From positions 1 through 10,787 of the forward strand of contig JBIOTN010000041.1 in assembly GCA_044866005.1 (NCBI GenBank): DNA of 10,787 nt, read 5' to 3'. This document shows positions 1 to 6,684 of the stretch, piece after piece (position 1 is the first letter of the stretch; every line of letters starts with the position of its first letter). The notes beneath the pieces are model-generated. The model was not told where the DNA came from and searched no databases. It saw nothing but the letters and a program-made list of their open reading frames with translations. This stretch comes from Candidatus Rokuibacteriota bacterium. Its GTDB lineage: Bacteria; Methylomirabilota; Methylomirabilia; Rokubacteriales; DASRDR01. Position numbers and translations under genes: made by a program.

Positions 1-1
1 C

Positions 2-1519
2 GAGCCATCGCAGCGCCGGCCGCGCCCGGAGCCGCGCCTCGACCAGGGCGAGCCCGAGCGCCGCGAGCAGCGCCAGGCCGAAGACGGTCAGGACCGCGAA
101 CCGCACGGTGACCCGCACCACGTGGAGCGGGAGCAGCAGGTGGTAGAAGGCGAGGTAGGGGCCGGGCCCGCGTGGCTGCCGGGCGACGTGGATGACCGGC
201 CCGAGAGCGAGGATCGCGAACACCGCCACCAGCAGCAGGAGCAGCCGGACCCAGTCGTCGCGGCCGAGCGCCCGCGGACCGCCCGCTCGGCAGTGGGCGG
301 CGCCGCGGAGGAGCAGCAAGGCGCAGCCGACCAAGAGCGTGAGGTCGAGGAAGTGCGCCGGAAGAGACCGGAGGGAGAGCGGGCCGACGTGGAAGCGGCC
401 CGGCGCGAGCGCCACGGTCAAGCCGAGCCCGACGAGCGTCGCGACGAGCAACGCAAGGCCGGCGCGGCGCAGCCTCGCCAGGCCGGGCGGCGGCGCCGGG
501 GTCCGCCAGAGCCAGGCGAGGCTCACACCGGCCAGGGCCAGGACGATCGCACCCACGAACGGCGTCGTCTCGGCGATGTGCCCGCTCGGGGCGAGCTTGA
601 AGAAGGGGCTTCGCCCGCCCGCCTCGATGAACGCGGCGAGGTCGGCGTAGTGGGAGGCCGTCTCGCCCAGGCCCCGCTCGAAGCCGAGCTCCCGGTGCAC
701 CCGGATATAGGGCAGCGCGAAGGGCAGCACGATCGCGGCAACCCCGGCCGCGCCGCCCGCGAGGGCCACGAGGTTCCGGCGCCACAGCCACCCGCGCCAG
801 CGCAGGCAGAGGACGCCGAGCGCCAGCGTGACGAAGCCGAGCCCGGTGATGATCGCGTAATACCACGTCGTCAGGGCCTGCACCGTGATCGCGGCGAGCG
901 CGCCGGCGAGCCAGCGGGGCCGCTGCGTCTCCAGCCACCGGACCCAGGCGAAGAGGGCGATGGGGATGGGGGCCGCCAGGAGCATCTGGAACTCGAGGTA
1001 GTAATCGGTGAAGTAGGGCGACAGGCAGAAGACCGCGCCGGCCAGCCAGGAGGCCGCGCGCGAGCCGGTCAGCGCGTGGGCCACCCACGCCATGGCCAGG
1101 CCATCGAGCGGCCACAGGAGGAGCAGGAGCAGGTTGTAGGTCAGGACCGGGTTGCCCCACAGGAAGCCGGGCAGCCCGAGGAGCGCCGGCGGCAGGAGGA
1201 CCTCGGTGAAGGCGAGGCTCTCGCCGTACGGGTAGAAGGCGTTGCCGTGGAAGAGCGCGAGCGGGTCGCTCAGGAGCCGCCGGGCGATCGAGGCCATGAC
1301 CCACGTGAAGACCCAGGGGTCGTGATGGCGAGGCCAGAGGGCCCCGGGGTCGCGCGCCAGGGGCCAGGTCGCGGCGACGACCCCCGCCGCGAACACGAGG
1401 TAGACCGCGAGCGCGTGACGCCAGCCGAAGCGGGGCCCGGCGGGGCGCGCGGCGGCGGCGTCGCCCGCCGCCCGGGCGGTCGGGGTCGGCACGGCGGCGT
1501 CAGGCGGGGCAGCAGGCAC
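2..1519 (-). CDS. Polytopic GT-C-like membrane glycosyltransferase, 3'-truncated by the window edge (>=506 aa); paralog of 3073..5727
   Basis: Not in the ORF track. Manual minus-strand translation from GTG 1519 is open to base 2: MPAAPPDAAVPTPTARAAGDAAAARPAGPRFGWRHALAVYLVFAAGVVAATWPLARDPGALWPRHHDPWVFTWVMASIARRLLSDPLALFHGNAFYPYGESLAFTEVLLPPALLG...YYLEFQML...TTWYYAII...HRELGFERGLGE... It has many TM helices and shares colinear motifs with the 884-aa protein. Start is uncertain (GTG 1519, GTG 1492, or CTG 1549 overlapping the upstream stop). Confidence 0.88.
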   Translation of the reverse strand, partial: MPAAPPDAAVPTPTARAAGDAAAARPAGPRFGWRHALAVYLVFAAGVVAATWPLARDPGALWPRHHDPWVFTWVMASIARRLLSDPLALFHGNAFYPYGESLAFTEVLLPPALLGLPGFLWGNPVLTYNLLLLLLWPLDGLAMAWVAHALTGSRAASWLAGAVFCLSPYFTDYYLEFQMLLAAPIPIALFAWVRWLETQRPRWLAGALAAITVQALTTWYYAIITGLGFVTLALGVLCLRWRGWLWRRNLVALAGGAAGVAAIVLPFALPYIRVHRELGFERGLGETASHYADLAAFIEAGGRSPFFKLAPSGHIAETTPFVGAIVLALAGVSLAWLWRTPAPPPGLARLRRAGLALLVATLVGLGLTVALAPGRFHVGPLSLRSLPAHFLDLTLLVGCALLLLRGAAHCRAGGPRALGRDDWVRLLLLLVAVFAILALGPVIHVARQPRGPGPYLAFYHLLLPLHVVRVTVRFAVLTVFGLALLAALGLALVEARLRARPALRWL

Positions 1520-1545
1520 GAGGGGGAGCGGTGCCGTCGCCGCGC

Positions 1546-2292
1546 TCAGCCGCCCGGCCCGGTGGCGAAGAGCGGCGAGCGGGTGACCCCGAGCCGGTGG
1601 GCGAGATACTGGACGAGGACGCCGAGGGTGCCGACGCCGTAGACGACGCTGCGCCAGAGCCCGATGGAGGAGGCCTCCGGAAAGTACCGCGCGGGCACCG
1701 GCGCGTCCCCGATCCGGAAGCCGAGGTATGCGGCCTGCGCCAGGAATTGCGAGTCGAAGACGAAGTCGTCCGAGTTCGCCTCGAACGGCACCGTCTCGAG
1801 CACCTTCCGCCGGTACACGCGCAGGCCGGAGTGGAAGTCCCCCAGGTTCTGGCCGAGCACGAGGTTCTCGACGGCGGTCAACAGCCGGTTGGCCGCGTAC
1901 TTCCACAACGGCATGCCGCCGGCCAGGGCCTCCGCCCGGCTCCGGACGCGGCACCCCAGCATGACGTCACAGATGTTCAGGTCGAGAAATCCCACCAGCA
2001 GCGGGAGCAGCCGGGCATCGTACTGGTAGTCGGGGTGGATCATCGCGACGATCTCCGCCCCGCGCTCGAGCGCCGCCCGATAGCACGTCTTCTGGTTCGC
2101 CCCGTAACCCCGGTTCTGCGCGTGCCGGATCACGGTGAGCCCCAGTCGCTCCGCGATCTCGACCGTGCGATCGCGGCTCCCGTCGTCCACGAGGATGACC
2201 TCGTCCACCGAGCCCCGGGGGAGATCGCGCCACGTCCGCTCGAGCGTCGCCTCGGCGTTGTAGGCCGGCATCACCACGACGACTTTGCCCAC
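1546..2292 (-). CDS. GT2 family glycosyltransferase, polyprenol-phosphate glycosyl synthase (DPM1/Ppm1)-like, 248 aa
   Basis: Motifs [39 protein letters not shown] (variant acidic motif), [21 protein letters not shown] and VPARY. GTG start preceded by SD-like GGAAGGA with a 5-nt spacer. Confidence 0.93.
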   Translation of the reverse strand: MGKVVVVMPAYNAEATLERTWRDLPRGSVDEVILVDDGSRDRTVEIAERLGLTVIRHAQNRGYGANQKTCYRAALERGAEIVAMIHPDYQYDARLLPLLVGFLDLNICDVMLGCRVRSRAEALAGGMPLWKYAANRLLTAVENLVLGQNLGDFHSGLRVYRRKVLETVPFEANSDDFVFDSQFLAQAAYLGFRIGDAPVPARYFPEASSIGLWRSVVYGVGTLGVLVQYLAHRLGVTRSPLFATGPGG

Positions 2293-2297
2293 CTGGG

Positions 2298-2304
2298 TCC
2301 TTCC
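2298..2304 (-). promoter_or_regulatory. Shine-Dalgarno site for the GT2 gene
   Basis: Minus strand reads GGAAGGA-CCCAG-GTG. Confidence 0.6.
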
Positions 2305-2373
2305 GCCGGGTCACCGCCACCCAGCAAGCAAATGGCGCTCGCGTTCCGATCGCCGTTCACCACGCTTCCCACG

Positions 2374-2883
2374 TCAGCGCCGGCGATCCGGCTCGGCGTT
2401 GCGCTCGACGAGGATGATGGACCGGGTGGAGAAGCGGAAGCGCCGCGAGCGACGCCACTCGCGGATGTGCTGGCGTAGGACCGCCAGTTCCTTCCGCTGG
2501 GCGGCGCTCGTGTTGGGATCGTCCAGCCGATCGACGATGGCGAGCTCGAGATCGGGCAGTCCACGCCCGTGATCGAAGGCCAGGAAGGCGCGGTCGGTGG
2601 CGACCGGGATCACCGACACCCCCTGGATGCTCCGGAAAGAGCGGGGGTCGACCACGATCAGCGCCCGTCGCGCCGAGACCTCGGCGAGCTCGATGGGACG
2701 TCTGACCGGCGGTTGGCCGCGGGAGCCGCGGCGGGCCGAGCGCTCGAAGAGCGAGACGATGGCCCAGGCCGGATCCGGGTGGATGCCCTTCAGCCCGCGG
2801 ACCACGTCTTGGGGCAGCGTCAGGGCCAGGAGCTGGGCGGCACGACCGAACTTGGGGGGGCGACCGCGCGCTCCGGTCCGCAC
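2374..2883 (-). CDS. Hypothetical 169-aa protein; putative DNA-binding regulator (N-terminal RGRPPKFGR plus ribbon-helix-helix-like segment)
   Basis: Protein-like composition. N-terminus RGRPPKFGR-AAQLLALTLPQDVVRGLKG gives a basic GRP motif, a beta strand and a helix. A promoter lies directly upstream. The function is inferred. Confidence 0.78.
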   Translation of the reverse strand: MRTGARGRPPKFGRAAQLLALTLPQDVVRGLKGIHPDPAWAIVSLFERSARRGSRGQPPVRRPIELAEVSARRALIVVDPRSFRSIQGVSVIPVATDRAFLAFDHGRGLPDLELAIVDRLDDPNTSAAQRKELAVLRQHIREWRRSRRFRFSTRSIILVERNAEPDRRR

Positions 2884-2891
2884 GATCGGGG

Positions 2892-2939
2892 ATTATCATC
2901 GAAGAAAATGGGGCCGTCAAGACTTTTTCTCGAATAAAT
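2892..2939 (-). promoter_or_regulatory. Sigma70-type promoter: -35 TTGACG (2920-2915), 17-nt spacer, -10 GATAAT (2897-2892), AT-rich upstream tract
   Basis: Minus strand reads GATTTATTCGAGAAAAAGTC-TTGACG-GCCCCATTTTCTTCGAT-GATAAT-CCCCGATC-GTG. Both boxes match consensus at 5/6 with optimal spacing. This is the only markedly AT-rich patch in the window. Confidence 0.72.
2899..2933. promoter_or_regulatory. Imperfect inverted repeat (candidate operator) straddling the -35 box
   Basis: Arms tcgaagaaaa (2899-2908) and ttttctcga (2925-2933) are complementary with a single bulged base. Confidence 0.45.
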
Positions 2940-3035
2940 CTGCCGGGCCGTCCGAGCGTGAGGGCTCGATCGTGCCCGGGAGCCCTTCCGAGCGGCCGCG
3001 TCGCCGCCGGCCCACCCAGCCGGCCCGAAGAGGCA

Positions 3036-3076
3036 GGGGTCTCGGGGGGTCTCCCGAGACCCCCCGATGAAACTAG
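3036..3076 (-). repeat. REP-like palindromic element, copy 1 (CTAG + 12-bp inverted repeat + GACCCC tail); may also act as terminator/stabiliser of module A
   Basis: Minus strand reads CTAGTTTCA-TCGGGGGGTCTC-GG-GAGACCCCCCGA-GACCCC. Arms 3042-3053 and 3056-3067 are perfectly complementary. The TAG within CTAG is the stop codon of the 884-aa gene. Confidence 0.72.
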
Positions 3077-5727
3077 CGGGCAGGCCGCTCGGGCGGCTCG
3101 AGCGTGAACTCGCTCACCTCGAACCCGAGCTGCGGGTCCAGACGGCCGACGGTCAGCTCCACCGGGCGCGGGGCGAGGGCCTCCAGCGCCGAGCCCGGCG
3201 GGCCCCCCTTCACGCCGACGAACGCGTGCGATTCGCGGAATCGCCCGCGGAGGTCCCCGGCCACGCCGAGCGTGGAGAGCGCCCGGACCGCCTCCTCGCT
3301 GAGGCGCGCCGAGGCCTCGTCCCGGACGGCGCCGGCGACGATCGTCCCCCCCGGGAGCGACGCGATCCAGGCCGCCAGCTCGGCGGCCTGGGTCGGATCG
3401 GCGAAGGTGTCGAATGCCGCGGCGCGCAGGAGCCGCCCCCTCGGGTCGAGGGCGACCAGGTTGTAGCCTCGGCCATCCGGCGAGAGCTCGGCGCCGTTGA
3501 ACCAGATCGAGCTGGCGCTCCCGTGCGGCTGTCCCCGGCTTCGCACGCGGAGGTCGCCGGGGCTCGTCGCGGCCGTCCGTCCGATGCGGTAGCGCGCGCC
3601 GGTCGGCGTGACCCGCCGGTAGCCGTACTCGAGCGCGATCACGTTCGGGGCGGCCCGGCGGAGCGGCCGCCGGGCCCTCACGGTGACGACGGCGGGGCCG
3701 TCCAGGGCGACCCGCTGGAGCGGCCGATCGTTCAGCCGCACCTCGGCCCACTGCTCGAGGTCGGGCGCGTCCTTGCGCGGCCGAAGGCGGAGCCGCAGGA
3801 CCGGGTGGTCGCGCAGGTAGCCGTAGGAGACCCATCGCTCGATCCGGGTCCCGCGCTCCGGCAGCGGGACCACCTCGTAGAGGTCTTCGTCCCCGAAGCT
3901 GCCCCGGAAGCGGAGCAGTGGAGGCGGGGCCTCCCGCAGAGCGGCCCACGCGGCGCGCAACGCTCGGGGAAACGCGCGGTCGGTGAGCCGGACGACCAGG
4001 TAGCGGAGCGGGTGGATGCGGCGGAGCGCGGCCTCCGCGTCGGGACCCGGCACGGGCACGGCGGGCTCGGTGAAGTAGCCGGAGATCTCCCGGGCCCAGG
4101 GCGACACGAAGCCGGCGAAGCCGTTCACGACCCGCTTGCCGTGCGCCAGCGAGCGAAACATCGCGTCGGTGTCGGTCCCCGGCACGTTGATCGGCAGCTC
4201 CAGCACGACGACGTCGGCCCGATCGGCCCGGATCACCGCGTCCACCGGCCGGAGCGGCGACGGTTCCACGACGTACCGCATGGGGAAGCTCACGTACTCG
4301 GCGAGCAGGACGGCGACCACGACGCCGACGGCGATGGCGCGAGTCCGGCGGGACACCCGTCCGGCGAGCCACGCCACGCCGAATCCGGCGAGGAGCGCCG
4401 CGGCGAAGACCGCGAGGAGGCCGAACCGCGTCGCGCCCCGGATCGCCCGCAGCGGCAGGAGGTAGGGGTAGAGCCAGGCGTAGAGGCCCGGGCCGAGGGG
4501 GCGCCCCGCGACGGAGGCTTCTGGACCGAGGGAGAGCAGCATCGCGAACGCCGCGAGCACGAGGAGCAGGCCCACCCACTCCCGCTCGCCGAGGCGGCGG
4601 TCCTCGACGCCGTGCCGGCGGCGCTGCCAGCCCTCCACGGCCTGGCGCGCCAGGGCCAGGACGAGCAGCGCCGCGCCGACGGCCGAGAAGGGCACGACGG
4701 CGAGCCGGCCGCGCGTGAGCAGGATGAGGACGGCGAGGGCCAGGCCTGCCCACACGCCCGCGGCGAGGCCCCGCTCCACCGCGGTACGCCGCGGTCGCCC
4801 CGGCCGCCTCAGCCAGAGCGCCCCCAGCGCCACGAGCGCCAGCCCGCCCGCGCCGACGAAGAGCGACGTCTCCGAGCTGTAGCCGGGCCAGAACCCGCGG
4901 TAGAGCGTGGTCGCCCGCGACCCGAAATACGTCAGCACGTCCGCCGACCGGCCGACGGCGTCGGCGAGGCCCCGCTCGAACCCGAGCTCGCGCCGGGTCA
5001 CGAAGAACGGGCGGGCGACCGGCAGGAGCGCCAGCGCCAGCGCCCCGCCGCCCAGCGCGGACGCGACGAACGTGCGCGGGCGCCAGCCGCACCAGCGCAG
5101 GGCCGCGTACTGGAGGGCGATCACGGCGAGTCCGAAGGCGAGGATCACCGCGTAGTACCAGACCGCCACCGCCTGGAGCCAGAAGACGGCCAGTAGCGCG
5201 AGGAGGTAGCGGGTGCGCTGCTCCTCGAGGAAGCGGACCAGGGCGTAGACGGCGAGCGGCAGCCCGAAGGCCATCTCCATCTGGAACTCCACCGCGTACT
5301 CGGTCCGCGGCGGGGCGAGCGTGAAGACGAGCATGGCGACGAGCGCGGCCCCGTGATCCCGCGTCAGCCAGAACGCGACCGCGTAGGTGGCCCAGCCCGA
5401 AAGCGCCCAGAAGAGCAAGAGCGTCAGGTTGTAGGCGAGGATCGGGCTGCCGCCGAGGGCGGCCAGCGGACCGGCCACGAGGGCCGGGGTCACCAGCGGC
5501 TCGGCGAAGGTCAGGCTGTTCCCCATGGGGTAGAAGGCGCTGCCGTCGAGGAGCAGGGCCGGCCGGGTGAGGAGGTTCCGGAAGACGCTCAGCATGACCC
5601 AGGTGAACAGCTTCGGGTCGGTGTTGTCCGGAACGAGGTGCGCGGGATCGCGGACCAGCGGCCAGGTGTAGACCGCGACCAGCGAGAGCGCCAGCAGGAA
5701 GACGGCGAGGTGGCCGCGCAGCCTCAT
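3073..5727 (-). CDS. GT-C-like polytopic membrane glycosyltransferase with extracytoplasmic C-terminal region ending in an ILEI/PANDER-like domain, 884 aa
   Basis: TM1 is followed by an acidic loop (DNTDP), then AFYPMGNSLTFAE, EFQM, WYYA and about a dozen TM helices. The soluble part has VVLELP...AMFRSLAHGKRVVNGFAGFVSP. The C-terminus RGYNLVALD...FDT...LAAWIASLPGGTIVAGAVRDEASARL...LSTLG...FRESHAFVGVKG follows the ILEI pattern. Confidence 0.88.
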   Translation of the reverse strand: MRLRGHLAVFLLALSLVAVYTWPLVRDPAHLVPDNTDPKLFTWVMLSVFRNLLTRPALLLDGSAFYPMGNSLTFAEPLVTPALVAGPLAALGGSPILAYNLTLLLFWALSGWATYAVAFWLTRDHGAALVAMLVFTLAPPRTEYAVEFQMEMAFGLPLAVYALVRFLEEQRTRYLLALLAVFWLQAVAVWYYAVILAFGLAVIALQYAALRWCGWRPRTFVASALGGGALALALLPVARPFFVTRRELGFERGLADAVGRSADVLTYFGSRATTLYRGFWPGYSSETSLFVGAGGLALVALGALWLRRPGRPRRTAVERGLAAGVWAGLALAVLILLTRGRLAVVPFSAVGAALLVLALARQAVEGWQRRRHGVEDRRLGEREWVGLLLVLAAFAMLLSLGPEASVAGRPLGPGLYAWLYPYLLPLRAIRGATRFGLLAVFAAALLAGFGVAWLAGRVSRRTRAIAVGVVVAVLLAEYVSFPMRYVVEPSPLRPVDAVIRADRADVVVLELPINVPGTDTDAMFRSLAHGKRVVNGFAGFVSPWAREISGYFTEPAVPVPGPDAEAALRRIHPLRYLVVRLTDRAFPRALRAAWAALREAPPPLLRFRGSFGDEDLYEVVPLPERGTRIERWVSYGYLRDHPVLRLRLRPRKDAPDLEQWAEVRLNDRPLQRVALDGPAVVTVRARRPLRRAAPNVIALEYGYRRVTPTGARYRIGRTAATSPGDLRVRSRGQPHGSASSIWFNGAELSPDGRGYNLVALDPRGRLLRAAAFDTFADPTQAAELAAWIASLPGGTIVAGAVRDEASARLSEEAVRALSTLGVAGDLRGRFRESHAFVGVKGGPPGSALEALAPRPVELTVGRLDPQLGFEVSEFTLEPPERPAR
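3170..3555 (-). other. ILEI/PANDER (FAM3 / GG-type lectin / POMGnT1-stem-like) domain inside the 884-aa CDS
   Basis: LRVRSRGQPHGSASSIWFNG, GRGYNLVALD, FDT, PGGTIVAGAVRDEAS, LG and R.S.AFVGVKG occur in the order typical of this family. Recognised by eye; boundaries approximate. Confidence 0.8.
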
Positions 5728-5745
5728 GCCACGTCGCCCGTGGGG

Positions 5746-6681
5746 TCAGCTCACGGCCAGCCCCACCATCATGGCGAAGAGGAGGAGGCAGAGGAGCAGG
5801 AAATACGGCCGGCGGTAGAGGTGCTCGGGGTCGAGGACCGGGCTCTCGGCTTCGAAGGTCATCCGGAGCGCCCACCCGAGGAGCAGGACGATCACCGGGA
5901 GCGTGGCGACGAGGCGGGGATGCTCGGTGACGAAGAAGGCGGCGAGCGCGGCGAGCGCGAGGAGCCCGTAGCCGAGCTGCACGGCCAGCAGCGAGCGGAC
6001 CGAGTACGCCGCGAAGGTCGGCCGGTACTGGGGCGCGAGAGGGCCGAGGAGGCGGAGCTCCGCCAGGCGCTTCCCGGTCATCAGGAACGCGCCGAACGCC
6101 CAGATCGCGACGAGCGCGCCGAGGGGGAGGGGCTCGTCGCCGACCGGCACGGCGTACCAGCCGATGGCCAGCCGGATGGGGTTGGTGAGCGACTCGACGG
6201 CGGCGTCGAGGAAGGGGCGGTCCTTCAGCCGGGCGGGCGGGAGGTTGTAGAGGAGCCCGGCCACGAAGAGCGCCAGACAGGCCGCGACGAAGGGCGGCGG
6301 GAACCACCAGGCAGCCACGGTGAGCGTGGCGAGGGCGATCGCGGCCGTGAGCGCGAGCAACGGCCCCACGCGCACCCGGCCGGAGGGGATGGGCCGGGCG
6401 CGCTTGCGGGGATGCCGGGCGTCGAACGGCGCGTCCAGGACCTCGTTGATCGCATAGTTGACCGAGGAGACGAGCCCCGACAGCACGAAGGCCAGCGCCC
6501 AGTCGTCGAGGCGCGCGAACGTCGGCCCGACGCGCGCGGTGACGAGCGCGAGCACGCTGCCGACCGGCACGACCAGGTTCTTGATCCAGTGGTCGAACCG
6601 GAGCGGCTCGAGGTAGGCCGCCCACCGGCGCGACGGGCGACCCGACATGACGGCGGTCTCGACGAGCTCCTGCTCCGGCAT
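5746..6681 (-). CDS. UbiA-family prenyltransferase, decaprenyl-phosphate phosphoribosyltransferase (Rv3806c)-like, 311 aa
   Basis: Motifs LRFDHWIKNLVV, NYAINEVLDAPFDARHPRKRARPIPSG, YNLPPARLKDRPFLD, GKRLAEL, YRPTFAAYS and C-terminal DP, with multiple TM helices. Alternative ATG at 6648. Confidence 0.9.
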   Translation of the reverse strand: MPEQELVETAVMSGRPSRRWAAYLEPLRFDHWIKNLVVPVGSVLALVTARVGPTFARLDDWALAFVLSGLVSSVNYAINEVLDAPFDARHPRKRARPIPSGRVRVGPLLALTAAIALATLTVAAWWFPPPFVAACLALFVAGLLYNLPPARLKDRPFLDAAVESLTNPIRLAIGWYAVPVGDEPLPLGALVAIWAFGAFLMTGKRLAELRLLGPLAPQYRPTFAAYSVRSLLAVQLGYGLLALAALAAFFVTEHPRLVATLPVIVLLLGWALRMTFEAESPVLDPEHLYRRPYFLLLCLLLFAMMVGLAVS

Positions 6682-6684
6682 GGC

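Noticed and set aside
122..1642. 506-aa plus-strand ORF (and 192..650, 523..741)
   Set aside because: Shadow of the real minus-strand GT-C paralog; low-complexity translation with no recognisable domain.
2320..2350. Possible sigma54 promoter in the 2293-2373 spacer (TTTGCT on minus; TGGCGC-N5-TTCC on plus)
   Set aside because: Neither strand has the required GG-N10-GC arrangement.
1531..3070. Plus-strand ORFs 1531..2478, 1664..2029, 1728..1964, 2285..2572, 2569..2937, 2597..3070 and minus ORFs 1967..2320, 2271..2564
   Set aside because: They overlap the well-supported GT2 and 169-aa genes and show no protein-like motifs.
3042..3072. Classic intrinsic terminator call for the hairpin after the 884-aa gene
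   Set aside because: On the transcribed (minus) strand the stem is followed by GACCCCTGCC, not a U-tract. It is better described as a REP-like element, although an effect on termination is not excluded.
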